Shown here piece after piece: positions 36,626 to 48,308 of a stretch of 64,000 bases of DNA. The first letter of the stretch is position 1. The number at the start of each line of letters is the position of its first letter. The notes below the pieces were generated by a model. The model saw only the letters and a list, made by a program, of their open reading frames with translations. It did not search any database and had not been told where the DNA came from. Source of the DNA: an archaeon (GTDB lineage: Archaea > Micrarchaeota > Micrarchaeia > Anstonellales > Bilamarchaeaceae). Where the stretch lies: contig JAGVNI010000007.1 in assembly GCA_020053355.1 (NCBI GenBank), forward strand, positions 5,557-69,556, written 5' to 3'. A program made the translations under genes and the position numbers.

Positions 36626-37783
36626 ATGGAATTCTACCTCAAGGCCATCCTCTGGCTCGTCATGGGCACACTCTTCGGGTTCGCAATCTACTTCGTTTTC
36701 CTGACTCCCGCCCAGCCTTCGCTGCCAATGCCCCCAACCAATGCGCCGCAGCAGAACGACACTATGCCCCAGATTCTCGAAACGGGCGCGGTGAATATCA
36801 CGATGGTGGATGCGCCGGGCTGCGACATTTGCAATGCCGAAGGGCTCATGCTGGAGCAGGTCAAGACGGTATTGCTTAAATCCGAGTTCCTCAGCGTAGG
36901 GACGTCGAAGCGGCTTCCGGGCGCATCAAGCGAGGCGCAGGCGCTGATATCCAGATACAATATCACCACGCTCCCGGCGGTAATCATCGAGGGTGAAGTG
37001 GCGCGCGATTCGGAATTCGTGGCGGCGTGGAAGGAGAGCGTCGGGTCGCTTGAGGGCGGGAAAGCGCTGGTGACACGGTTCGAATACCCGCCATATTATG
37101 ATCTGAAGAACAAGACAGTCGTCGGGCTCACCCAGGCAATCGGCATCAAGGCCTCAGGCTGCCTCGAATGCGGGGACCCGGGCCTTTTCATCTCGTCTTT
37201 GGAAAGCCAGCCCATATCCATGGCATTCACGGATTCGACGGTATACGAGGAGAACGACAGCCGGGCGCAGGCCCTGATAGCGCAATACAACATAACGAAG
37301 CTCCCGGTCCTCTTCCTCAGCGAGGGGGGCGCATCGGCATACCCTGTGTTCGCCCAGATAAAACCCATGGGCACAATCGAGGACGGCTGGTTCATACTGC
37401 GCGACGTCGTCCCGCCCTATGTGGACCTTGCAGACAACCGCTCAATCCGCGGCCTTGTCAAGGCGACGTACCTGGTCAATTCCTCGTGCGCCGACTGCTT
37501 CAACATAAGCTCGCTTTCCACTTACCTCTCGCAGACAAGCGGGGTCGTGATTGTGGACGAGAAGACGTACGAACTGGGTTCTGCCGAGGGCGCTGCACTT
37601 AGGGAGAAATACAACATCACGATGGTTCCCACGCTGATTTTCTCCCCAGATGTCAGGTACTACTACGAATTCGAGGAGGTCTGGAAGAACCAGAGCAACA
37701 CCGTGGAGCCTGACGGCTCGTTCGTTTTCCGCGCGCACGGGCTCCTTGGCAGCGTGGGGTACCAGAACGTCAGCAGCGGCTAG
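36626..37783 (+). CDS. membrane-anchored protein with three tandem CxxC thioredoxin-like repeats
   Basis: N-terminal TM; CDIC, CLEC, CADC, each followed by a YNIT.[LV]P motif. Confidence 0.8.
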   Translation: MEFYLKAILWLVMGTLFGFAIYFVFLTPAQPSLPMPPTNAPQQNDTMPQILETGAVNITMVDAPGCDICNAEGLMLEQVKTVLLKSEFLSVGTSKRLPGASSEAQALISRYNITTLPAVIIEGEVARDSEFVAAWKESVGSLEGGKALVTRFEYPPYYDLKNKTVVGLTQAIGIKASGCLECGDPGLFISSLESQPISMAFTDSTVYEENDSRAQALIAQYNITKLPVLFLSEGGASAYPVFAQIKPMGTIEDGWFILRDVVPPYVDLADNRSIRGLVKATYLVNSSCADCFNISSLSTYLSQTSGVVIVDEKTYELGSAEGAALREKYNITMVPTLIFSPDVRYYYEFEEVWKNQSNTVEPDGSFVFRAHGLLGSVGYQNVSSG

Positions 37784-38802
37784 GCCACGCCCTGCCTTTC
37801 CCTAACCCGCCCCGCCCTGGGTTGCTGCTGGGTCTCCTGCGGCGGCGGCCCTTGCACGAGAATCGGCCTCCGTGACGGGACCACCGTCGGGGGCCGTGTT
37901 CGATACAGCGTGTCGATGTCCATCCTGGTTCCGCTAAGGACGCGGTAATAGTCGCGGTGGTTCAGCAGGTCCCGCATGGACATGGTCTCGGTATGCCCGC
38001 TGCCGTCGCGCTCTGTGATGACCAGATTCACGTCCCCCAGCACGAATCTGATGCCGTGGCTGTAATCATGGAACGTCTCCTCGTGCGGGATGGCTGCCGG
38101 CTGCGTTCCGGGAAGGTAAATCGCAACCCCCCTGTCCGCGACCTTGCGCCGGACGCCTTCCCGGTCGCTCACATACGCCCCAAGATTCGTCCCCGGGTCG
38201 TATATCACATCCTTCTTGTGCCCCGAGCGGATGATCCTCCTGGGCAGCGCACCGGAGTTCCCTTCTATCATGATGTTCTGCATCTGCGCAAATTCCGGAG
38301 ACCGGGTCAAGAATCCATCGACGTTGTTGACATCCCAGCGTATGCCCATCCTTGAAGCGATTGAAGGCGCGCCGAAGAACGGGACATACCCCCCAAGCCG
38401 TCTCGATTCGTCCCCGATTGTATCCACGAGCTGCATGGTGGGAAGGGCGAATCCGAAATGGTCCGCAATGCGCTGGGCCGTTATCGGGCTCATGGGAATC
38501 CGCGCGAAGTCCCCGTTGCTTCCGATGGCCAAATAATCCGGGCACACCCGCACCGTTGCCCTCACAGTCCGGTCCCCGATGGTCCGTGTTACTGTGATTT
38601 CCCTCCAGTTCTCGGGGCGCATGAAATCCGGGACGTTGCCGGCCATGAACTCGGCCTCTGCCCTCTCTTCGATGTACCTGCAGCGGGCGTCGAGCTCCTG
38701 CACGGACAACCTGTGAGGGTCGCCCATATAAGCCCGGGCGTTCTCCATGAACATGCTTCCTGTCACTGACCCAGGATTCCTTGGCGGTATCGGCGGTGCC
38801 AT
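37780..38802 (-). CDS. conserved hypothetical protein resembling a bacterial family of unknown function
   Basis: GNVPDF, PDYLAIGS, SGHKKDV, HDYSHGIR motifs. Confidence 0.75.
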   Translation of the reverse strand: MAPPIPPRNPGSVTGSMFMENARAYMGDPHRLSVQELDARCRYIEERAEAEFMAGNVPDFMRPENWREITVTRTIGDRTVRATVRVCPDYLAIGSNGDFARIPMSPITAQRIADHFGFALPTMQLVDTIGDESRRLGGYVPFFGAPSIASRMGIRWDVNNVDGFLTRSPEFAQMQNIMIEGNSGALPRRIIRSGHKKDVIYDPGTNLGAYVSDREGVRRKVADRGVAIYLPGTQPAAIPHEETFHDYSHGIRFVLGDVNLVITERDGSGHTETMSMRDLLNHRDYYRVLSGTRMDIDTLYRTRPPTVVPSRRPILVQGPPPQETQQQPRAGRVRERQGVA

Positions 38803-38847
38803 AAGCAGATTATACGAATGAAGCCATTAAAACAAAATCGCCGCCCG

Positions 38848-39933
38848 TCATTTTCCGATTTTATACTCGAGAAGCACATCTTTCCCGATTTTCCGGACTC
38901 TCGGTTTCGAAAGTGCCACCGCGTTTTCCATCCTGCCGATGCCGACACCCCCGATTACCGGCTTCGCGTCCCTGCCGCCGATTACTTTCGGCGCGATGAA
39001 AAGATACAGCCGGTCCACGATCCCGGCTTTCATTGCAAGCGCGTTCAATTCGCTTCCGCCTTCGATGAGGATTTTCCGGATTCCCATCGCGCCGAGCGCA
39101 ATCATGAGCTTCTTCAAATCCACCGAATCCCGTCCGCAAACGAGCACGCGCGCGCCTTCCCGTTGGATTGCGAGCGCTTTCGCCCTCTGCGCCTTCTCGC
39201 ATGCGACCACGATGGTCAACCCATCCCCGTTCCGCACGACCCTGCTGTCTATGCCGATATGGAGGCTCCCGTCGATGATTATACGGTGCGGGTTTTGTCC
39301 CAAGCCATGGGTTGTCAGTTCCGGATCGTCTTTTTCGACGGTTCCGGCCCCCACCATCACAGCATCGAAATCCTTGCGCATCCTATGGACGAGCGCTCTG
39401 GACTCCGGCCCGCTTATCCAGCGCGAATCATTTGTTCGCGTCGCGGTCTTCCCGTCCGCGCTCATCGCCATCTTTATCGCGACAAACGGCTTTTTCGAGA
39501 GTAATGCGATGTAGCGGCGGTTGATTGCCGCGGCTTCCTTCTGGTTTGTCGGCCCGGCAACAAGTATCCCGGCCTGCGAAAGCTCCTTCGCCCCAGCCCC
39601 GCCCGCAAGCGGGTTCGGGTCCCTCATCGCATATACGACTTTCGCGATTCCTTCGCGGATAATCGCCTTTGTGCATGGCGGCGTGCGTTTTGCCGTGTGC
39701 GAGCATGGCTCCAGCGTCACATAAAGCGCCGCCCCCCGCGCCGCGTGCGGGTTTCCCATCCTGCGTTTCGCGTCCTCAATAGCTTCAATCTCGGCATGCG
39801 GCTTGCCGGCAGCCTTGTGCCAGCCGGAACCGATGGCAATCCCGCCTTTCACCAGCACCGCCCCGACCCTTGGGTTCGGATGCGGATTCGCCTTCTTTGC
39901 AAGGCGGAAAGCCAGCCTCATATGTTCGTCCAT
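38848..39933 (-). CDS. ribD: bifunctional diaminohydroxyphosphoribosylaminopyrimidine deaminase/reductase
   Basis: PNPRVGAV, HAE, TLEPCSH..TPPC, SRWIS, LIEGG. Confidence 0.95.
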   Translation of the reverse strand: MDEHMRLAFRLAKKANPHPNPRVGAVLVKGGIAIGSGWHKAAGKPHAEIEAIEDAKRRMGNPHAARGAALYVTLEPCSHTAKRTPPCTKAIIREGIAKVVYAMRDPNPLAGGAGAKELSQAGILVAGPTNQKEAAAINRRYIALLSKKPFVAIKMAMSADGKTATRTNDSRWISGPESRALVHRMRKDFDAVMVGAGTVEKDDPELTTHGLGQNPHRIIIDGSLHIGIDSRVVRNGDGLTIVVACEKAQRAKALAIQREGARVLVCGRDSVDLKKLMIALGAMGIRKILIEGGSELNALAMKAGIVDRLYLFIAPKVIGGRDAKPVIGGVGIGRMENAVALSKPRVRKIGKDVLLEYKIGK

Positions 39934-39986
39934 CGTATCCCTTTCCGAAACCAACCATTCTAAGCTTTCCGCTCGCATTCTCCAAT

Positions 39987-40967
39987 ATGCGCCGCTACAA
40001 ACCCCTCAAAGACGAGCCGAGCGTGTTCGAAGCGCTTCCCATACTCCTGCTTATTATGATTGCGGCGTTCATCCCGGTCATCATCGTCCTCGGCCCCGCG
40101 GCCATCGACTATATCCGCTCCGCGGACTTCCAAATCCCGTCCTGGCTTCCGGAGTTCCCCGTGTTCCCCGTAACGCAAGGCAATGAGAGCCCGCCGCAGG
40201 CGCAACCCCAGACGCTCTCGCAAGATGCACAGCACTATTACTCCCTGAAAAACCTCTCCTGCAAGACCCTCGGCGTCAACTTCATGATTGAGGCGAAGGA
40301 TGTCGCGGCCGGAAGCATGCAGGGGCTTTCCGGGGCTGAAGAAACCCTCGCCGCCTCGATGCTCAAGGAATACGAAATCGACCAGACGACCCGCACCTAC
40401 GTCCGCGGGAGCATGATGAAGAAGGTCCTCATCACCCCCGCCGGAAACCACACGACCATCTGGAAGGACGGCCGCATCTACCAGTGCAACCCGAACTGCA
40501 CGATGAACCTCCTTGGCGATGCGGGCTGGCAGGCGTTCCTTGACAGCCTTGCGGAAATCCGCTCGGGCTGCGCGCATTTCGGGAGGACCGAACTGCCGCT
40601 ATCAATCAACCAATCCCGGCTCCTGACTATCGAAGACGGCGGCAGGACTGAAAAGAACGGCTTCCGCTGCGAGCTATTCCTGATTCGCGGGAACGCTGCA
40701 TATGCAAAATCGCTTATGAATTCCAGCATCCCCATGGATGAGGATGAGCGCGCGCTACTTTGGCTGCTGTCGCACCAGGCCGCGCCAATCCAGGAGTGCC
40801 TTGATGACGGGACGGGCGTCCTGGTTTTCCGGAACGTCACGCTCGACTTGACCCCGTCCTACAATTTCGATTACGCGCCCGGAGGCTACATGCATGTGAG
40901 CCAGCAGACCGACGTCACGTACTACACCGCCTATGTGCCGGAAACGTTCCTGGCGCTGCCGAAATGA
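39987..40967 (+). CDS. hypothetical membrane-anchored extracellular protein
   Basis: N-terminal TM followed by a Cys-containing beta-rich domain. Confidence 0.75.
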   Translation: MRRYKPLKDEPSVFEALPILLLIMIAAFIPVIIVLGPAAIDYIRSADFQIPSWLPEFPVFPVTQGNESPPQAQPQTLSQDAQHYYSLKNLSCKTLGVNFMIEAKDVAAGSMQGLSGAEETLAASMLKEYEIDQTTRTYVRGSMMKKVLITPAGNHTTIWKDGRIYQCNPNCTMNLLGDAGWQAFLDSLAEIRSGCAHFGRTELPLSINQSRLLTIEDGGRTEKNGFRCELFLIRGNAAYAKSLMNSSIPMDEDERALLWLLSHQAAPIQECLDDGTGVLVFRNVTLDLTPSYNFDYAPGGYMHVSQQTDVTYYTAYVPETFLALPK

Positions 40968-40968
40968 T

Positions 40969-41988
40969 TTATGCCGAACCGCTGGCATCATCCAGTGCGC
41001 CCGGGGGAAAATAGTCTATCACATGGTCATGGAATATCGGGAACGTCTCATACTCTGATATCATCTCACCGAAGCGCGTACGGAGTTCTATCAGGAACTT
41101 TTGGAATTCCTCCCTGCTTCCAAACTCGGCTTCGAGCCCGATTCTCCATCGGCCCAGCTGCCTCACAACGAACGTTACGTTGGGATGGTTCAGGAACTCG
41201 TCGAGCTGCTTCTCAAGCCCTGCATCGTATGCGTTCGTGCCGAGAAAGAGCATGTAGGATTCATGGCCGAGCTTGTTGGGATTTATCATCGCCCTGTACC
41301 CCAGGAGAATCCGGTTTTCCATCATCGCTTCCATCCGGTTCTGCACAGTCTTGTAGCTGACCGACAGCTTTGATGCAATCTCCGAATATGAAAGCGAGGC
41401 GTTTTTTGAGAATTCCCGGATGATTCTCCTGTCGAGCGCATCGAGCGAAACCACACGATTGAACTTCATCTCATGGAACAAGGTGCTTCCGCCCGGTTCG
41501 TATTCAGGTAGGATGTATGCCCTCTGCTGGTCCCTGACATTGATGTATACGAGAATCTCGTATCTCTGTATGTACGCGCCCCATCTCTCCAAAATGCCGC
41601 TAAACAACCGGTCGAAACTGAACTGGTCATCGCTGACCATGTTGATGACGAAATCCCAGTTTCCCCCGACCTCGCCGAGCCAGACCACATGCGGATTGGA
41701 TTTGAAATAATCTATGAACGCCTTCTTCTCCGGAGCAGATATCCTCCGAAGCTGGACGACGACCCTGAACCATCTCTTGCCGACTGCGGCCGAATCGAAA
41801 ATGGCAAGGAAACCCGAGATTACGCCCTCTTTCATCATGCGCTCAATCCGGTATTGCGCGACCTGTCTGGACACCCCGACTTTTCTAGCAAGCTGCTTGA
41901 TTGGCATCCGTACGTCCATATCCAGTACGCGGAGGATTTTTCTGTCCTTGAGATCGACCCTGGGGAGTTGGCCATCTGTTTTTTGCAT
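40969..41988 (-). CDS. Lrp/AsnC family transcriptional regulator, tandem-duplicated domains
   Basis: Two HTH-RAM units (DLKDRKIL...LARKVGVSRQ; LDALDRRII...IASKLSVS). Confidence 0.9.
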   Translation of the reverse strand: MQKTDGQLPRVDLKDRKILRVLDMDVRMPIKQLARKVGVSRQVAQYRIERMMKEGVISGFLAIFDSAAVGKRWFRVVVQLRRISAPEKKAFIDYFKSNPHVVWLGEVGGNWDFVINMVSDDQFSFDRLFSGILERWGAYIQRYEILVYINVRDQQRAYILPEYEPGGSTLFHEMKFNRVVSLDALDRRIIREFSKNASLSYSEIASKLSVSYKTVQNRMEAMMENRILLGYRAMINPNKLGHESYMLFLGTNAYDAGLEKQLDEFLNHPNVTFVVRQLGRWRIGLEAEFGSREEFQKFLIELRTRFGEMISEYETFPIFHDHVIDYFPPGALDDASGSA

Positions 41989-42101
41989 ATTTATGCATTT
42001 CAGTACATTATTTCTTATTTTCTTTCTATTTTGCAAAAATTATCAGAATAAGTTATATATCCTCTAATTGTGTGAATCAAAATAACAAGATGGTGATTAT
42101 T

Positions 42102-43433
42102 ATGACTTTGAAGGCTTATGCGGAGTCGGAGCTGAAGAAGGTTCTTGATGGAAGCATGGACCGGGATGCCTGCTTAAAGAAGCTGACCTCCTTCATCGGA
42201 GGGTTCTGCGTTGATTGTATTATCGATATTGATGAGAATAGCTGCCGCTTCAGATGGGAGGGACTGGAGGAATTGGACGAAATTATCTCATCCGATGTCA
42301 TGCCGGAACCGGTTCGGGCAGCGGCGCTTGCAACAAAAGAGGGGTTCTTCCGAAAGGAGCTCGAGTTCTTTTCAGGTGAGAAAGAGCAGAAAAAGGACCC
42401 GATGTGCTGTTTCCTTGCATTGGTCGAAATCTATAAAGGCATCCGGACATCCCCTGCCCTCAAGGAGCCCGCAGGGCGGGCCGCGCTCAAGGTTGTTGAG
42501 GACAACATCGTACACGGGAGGGGGTATATCGCCAATCACTCATACATATTCGATGTCCTGAGAGCATTTTACGGGAGGATTGTCTCGAACGAATTCATTC
42601 TGAGGACGCTTCTGGGCATTGCGAAGGACCGGGATTCCCCAATCCAGACGGAGGCGCGGAAACTCCTGGCCGATATCGTCGTTGACGCTAAAAAAATCGG
42701 TTATGAGACCTCCAGCGCGCCCAAAGCGGTGGATTTCGTCAAAGAGGATGTCATCGCCCGATGCGTTTCCAGAAGCGATGCCAAAACCCTCGGTTATTAC
42801 GCCCGATACAAGCCGTACAATTCCAATTATTGCGTAATACCGGATTCCATCCGTACGGCGTTCGGCCTTGGCCTGGCCGAAGTTCTTCTACGGAAGCTGG
42901 ATCTTGAGGGCCTTAAAGCGGTTTCGGAGAGTGATGATTACACGAAAGATGTCCGGGAAGCCGCGGCCGCGAAACTGGACCCGGCGGTGATTGATGCGGA
43001 GAAGGCGAGGCAGAAGGAAGAGCGAATCAAGAGGCTGCAAGCGCAAGTGGACCAGGCTTGGGATTCCGGCACAATCGATGGGATGTACTGCTACTCTCTG
43101 GAGTTGGCTAAAGAAACGGGGGTGCGCAACCCTGAGCAGTGGGCGTTGCTGGAGTCCATCTCCTTGTGCAGGAAAAGGGGCGATATCAAAAAGCTCGCAT
43201 CCTTCCTCGGCCGCAATGATATGGATGATATGAGCGTCCTTTTGGAGCTCAAAAACCTCGTGCAGAAGAAATTGGAGATGAACCTGCCTCAGCGGAAAGA
43301 GGCCGTGCCCAAAACCCGAGATGCGAATGGCAGCCTTCCGCTTCCGAAGCAGTTCCGGTGCGCCCCATCCCGAACCGAAAAATGCGATGCTGCCAGGCAG
43401 GCCGCATGCATGTCCGGAACGATGCGGAGATAG
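42102..43433 (+). CDS. hypothetical alpha-helical protein divergent from the Lrp regulator
   Basis: Long open ORF with GGTGA SD and an AT-rich promoter. Confidence 0.75.
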   Translation: MTLKAYAESELKKVLDGSMDRDACLKKLTSFIGGFCVDCIIDIDENSCRFRWEGLEELDEIISSDVMPEPVRAAALATKEGFFRKELEFFSGEKEQKKDPMCCFLALVEIYKGIRTSPALKEPAGRAALKVVEDNIVHGRGYIANHSYIFDVLRAFYGRIVSNEFILRTLLGIAKDRDSPIQTEARKLLADIVVDAKKIGYETSSAPKAVDFVKEDVIARCVSRSDAKTLGYYARYKPYNSNYCVIPDSIRTAFGLGLAEVLLRKLDLEGLKAVSESDDYTKDVREAAAAKLDPAVIDAEKARQKEERIKRLQAQVDQAWDSGTIDGMYCYSLELAKETGVRNPEQWALLESISLCRKRGDIKKLASFLGRNDMDDMSVLLELKNLVQKKLEMNLPQRKEAVPKTRDANGSLPLPKQFRCAPSRTEKCDAARQAACMSGTMRR

Positions 43434-43466
43434 CAGCTTCTTTTCTTTCTTCCCTCACCCGACGCC

Positions 43467-45037
<1,571 letters not shown>

Positions 45038-45709
45038 TCAGTCCGCTTTGTTTGCCGCTTCGATGATTTCCTTCCCTTCGAGAAACACGAGTCCGTGCCT
45101 GGCTGCGTACGCCAGCGCATCGGCTTTCGGCAATGCTTTCCCAACACCTAACATCTCGCATAGGACCATCATCCCGCTGATGCCCGCTTGCCTTGCAAGC
45201 TCAAGGGAAAGCTCGGTATGCCCATGGCGCTTTTCGATGCCCCGGCCGATTAAAAGGAAGATGTGCCCCGGCGCATAGAAATCCGCCAGGAAGCGCGCAC
45301 GTTTCTCTTCAGCGCCGGTGCGGGATTCGGCGATATCCGCCAGGCTTCTGATTGTGAGCGAGCGATCGTTGTCGGTTATTCCTGTGTATACCTTCCGGTG
45401 GTTAACCTGGATTGAGAACGCTGGCTTGTCGCCGTATGCTGTCCTGACGCATTCCATTGCGGCAATCGGCAGCCTGGATGCCGAAAGCACGTCCGAATAG
45501 AACGGGAGTCCCAGCACCTCGGCAATCCCGTCATCAACAGCAAGGCAAATCAGGCCTCCCGCGTCTTTGCGGAGCGTTCGGATGACCCCCGGGCTGGCGT
45601 TTTGGGCATGCACGACAATATCCGCCTCGCCTTCGCGTTCATCGCCATCGTAAATCAGGACCATGCCGCCGGATTTGAGCGCGGCTGCGGCCTTTTCCAA
45701 TTCAGTCAT
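45038..45709 (-). CDS. ribB: 3,4-dihydroxy-2-butanone-4-phosphate synthase (archaeal type)
   Basis: YDGDEREGEAD, GGLIC, TGITDNDR, RHGHTE, CEML. Confidence 0.93.
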   Translation of the reverse strand: MTELEKAAAALKSGGMVLIYDGDEREGEADIVVHAQNASPGVIRTLRKDAGGLICLAVDDGIAEVLGLPFYSDVLSASRLPIAAMECVRTAYGDKPAFSIQVNHRKVYTGITDNDRSLTIRSLADIAESRTGAEEKRARFLADFYAPGHIFLLIGRGIEKRHGHTELSLELARQAGISGMMVLCEMLGVGKALPKADALAYAARHGLVFLEGKEIIEAANKAD

Positions 45710-45800
45710 AGAACCATTCAACCTGTGCCTGCTTCACCTATTTATTGGTAGCTACTCGTTTTTTGGTAGCACATAACAATTTAAATTTAAACACAGAATC

Positions 45801-47294
45801 ATGCTAGAGGCTGGACGCATGACACTTTCAGGCTACCGCAAGGACCGACCGATGGTGCTGGGGCAGCACACCCCTATTTCCCTCGCCCGCGAAGGCGGCC
45901 TTTGGAAGCGGATTCCATTCCTAAAAGACAACGATGGCATGCTCCCGCCATTCATGATTGTCGTGGGGGACCGCAGGCGGGTCCTTGCTGCGGCGGCGCC
46001 TCTTGCCGACCACCTCCTTCTGCACAAGGAAGTCACCAACGCCGGCTGGGACGATGAAGCCGTGTTCAAGGACCGCATCAACTACGTTCTCACCCAGCTC
46101 AAGGGCATTCAGCTCGTGGCCCAGTCCTCAGGCCTCTTCCTTAACCAGGCTCCATCCGAGCACCTCTGCATGAATGTCCAAAATCCGGACAGGCCCCTTC
46201 CAGCGGCCGCAATCCAGCTGAGCGTGGGCGAGCTTGTGGCGCGAAGATGGTATGTGGATATCGCGCAGCTAATCAGCGAGCTCGAATGGCTTTTCAGCCC
46301 GAATGGCAAGCCCGAGCATTTCTCGCATAGCCGCCTTGCGACCGCACTCTCATCCCTGATTATCGATTCCACCTGGAAAACTGGCTATGATAATGTCTAT
46401 CATGGGCGAATCGTCAGGAGGCTTCAATACCTTGTGGATTACCTCAGTGCGGATGCCGGCCGCGTGAACCTCGCAGTCGGCGTCTTTGAATACATGGGCA
46501 AACCCCTGCCGCTCACGATACTCGAGACGCAGATGGGTTGCTCCGCCCAGGACATAAATGCCTGGGAAGCGCTCGTCAATTCGCGCGAGGATGGCTACAA
46601 GCTTGGCAGCATAGAGGTTCCGGCAAAGGGGCTGGTCACGATACGCGCAGGGACATGCGGAGGAATCATCATCCCGGACGGGAAAGGCGGGCAGCTCGAA
46701 GAGCCATTCGTCAATATCGGCGATGTCGTGAACGCCGAATACAGCTTCGCGGACGGCGCGACGGTCAGGCAGAGGGCCGGGGCATGGAGCAGCCTGAACA
46801 TGCAGGACCTTGAACGGTTTCGGAACTCTTGGGGCGCACAGACGGCGACGCATGTCGAAGGAAAAGCCGGGGAAGAACTCAACGCGGGATTCACGCGCGA
46901 CGGGCAATGGCCGGTAGTGCATTCATCCAAGGAAGTCGTCCGGGCGCTTGGCGAATCCTCGCGGGATTTGGGCCTCACATGCCACGAAGGGGGGAATTTC
47001 ACGAAAGAGTCGCTCTACCTTGAAAGCGACGAGGGGCGCGTAACTCGCCTGCGCAGCGAGTACGGGGCTCTTTCGACTGAAATGGAGCATTTCGGCCTCG
47101 CGCATCTTACGGAAGAGCTGACGCGTGTGGGCATACCCGCATCCAACGGCCTGATTTCGACCGTTGTCGGCACGGTTCCGGGCGGCTCGTTCGCCATGCC
47201 CGGAAGCAAGGAGGAAGAGAAGGCGAACGAGAGCCAGGGGCGCATGCTCGAATCGGCGATGCGCGCACTATGGAAAATAGCCTACGGCCAATGA
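45801..47294 (+). CDS. nucleoside (uridine-like) phosphorylase family protein with a large internal insertion
   Basis: VVGDRRRV, QMGCS, IRAGTCGG, STEME motifs. Confidence 0.78.
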   Translation: MLEAGRMTLSGYRKDRPMVLGQHTPISLAREGGLWKRIPFLKDNDGMLPPFMIVVGDRRRVLAAAAPLADHLLLHKEVTNAGWDDEAVFKDRINYVLTQLKGIQLVAQSSGLFLNQAPSEHLCMNVQNPDRPLPAAAIQLSVGELVARRWYVDIAQLISELEWLFSPNGKPEHFSHSRLATALSSLIIDSTWKTGYDNVYHGRIVRRLQYLVDYLSADAGRVNLAVGVFEYMGKPLPLTILETQMGCSAQDINAWEALVNSREDGYKLGSIEVPAKGLVTIRAGTCGGIIIPDGKGGQLEEPFVNIGDVVNAEYSFADGATVRQRAGAWSSLNMQDLERFRNSWGAQTATHVEGKAGEELNAGFTRDGQWPVVHSSKEVVRALGESSRDLGLTCHEGGNFTKESLYLESDEGRVTRLRSEYGALSTEMEHFGLAHLTEELTRVGIPASNGLISTVVGTVPGGSFAMPGSKEEEKANESQGRMLESAMRALWKIAYGQ

Positions 47295-47316
47295 CGGCGC
47301 GTAGCAGCCGGGCGCC

Positions 47317-48237
47317 TTAAATCGGCTTCTCGAACTGCGCGAGCGCTTCTTTCGTCTCCTTTTCCATCTTTTCCATGACTGATTTCGTCTTCGCGTTGCA
47401 CTCCGCCTTCTTCATCTCATCGACGAATTCCAGAAACTCGCGGTAGTGCTTGATTGGGTTCTTGCAGCGCGTCCCCCAGTCGAAGACCGCGCATTTCATG
47501 TCTTTTCCAAGCTGCGGCCCATACTCTTTGAGCACGCGTTCGCGCGTCTCGTCCGGCATCGCCGCATCATCGTAAAGGAACCTCAAATCAGTCCCGTCCG
47601 GCATGAGGTGGAACAGTTCTTCCGCCACAATGAGGTAGACGTTAGCTTCCGGGAAATCCCTCTTCACCCGTTTTTCAACATCCTTCATGAGCCTCGCTCC
47701 GTTTACAGAGCACGCGAGCGAGCAGACGACGAGATTCTCGAGCCGATAGCCTTTCGTATCTAGCGAATCCAGGAGGTGGTAAATCCCCTGCTGGAGCGTT
47801 GCCCCTGTCGCAATCGTGTCCCCGATTATCACCGTGGCGTTATCGGGAAGGGATTCGAAGTTCTCATAGGTCGCGACGGCTGTGAATGCGCCCTCGCTTC
47901 CTTCGACCCTCTGCCGCTTTATCCCCAAAAAACACTGCGGGATAGCCGCGTTGAAGTTTTTCTTGAACCCGTGGTTCAACTGGTAGTACAGGCCGCCGGC
48001 AAGGAAAATCAATTCGGTGATGTTGCCCTTCTTCTTCCCCTTTAGGGCAAGGCGGCCGACCGCGTCCATGAATATTTCGGCGACTTTTTCCATCCGGTCC
48101 TGCAGCTCCTTTCCTGCGATGTGCGGCCTGAGCAGGATTCCGCTCCCTTCATCCGAGCAGATGATATACGTCTTATCCGGAAACCCGCCGTTTCCGGCCT
48201 TGTACATCCGATAACCTTCATTGTAGATTAGCTCCAT
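47317..48237 (-). CDS. type I phosphoribosyltransferase-like protein
   Basis: PRPP-binding loop VIIGDTIATGATL. Confidence 0.75.
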   Translation of the reverse strand: MELIYNEGYRMYKAGNGGFPDKTYIICSDEGSGILLRPHIAGKELQDRMEKVAEIFMDAVGRLALKGKKKGNITELIFLAGGLYYQLNHGFKKNFNAAIPQCFLGIKRQRVEGSEGAFTAVATYENFESLPDNATVIIGDTIATGATLQQGIYHLLDSLDTKGYRLENLVVCSLACSVNGARLMKDVEKRVKRDFPEANVYLIVAEELFHLMPDGTDLRFLYDDAAMPDETRERVLKEYGPQLGKDMKCAVFDWGTRCKNPIKHYREFLEFVDEMKKAECNAKTKSVMEKMEKETKEALAQFEKPI

Positions 48238-48308
48238 AGAATCCCCATCCGTTCCAGTTCTCTACCTGCCAACATTTTTAAACACTTTTACCCAAAAATA
48301 TAAATATT

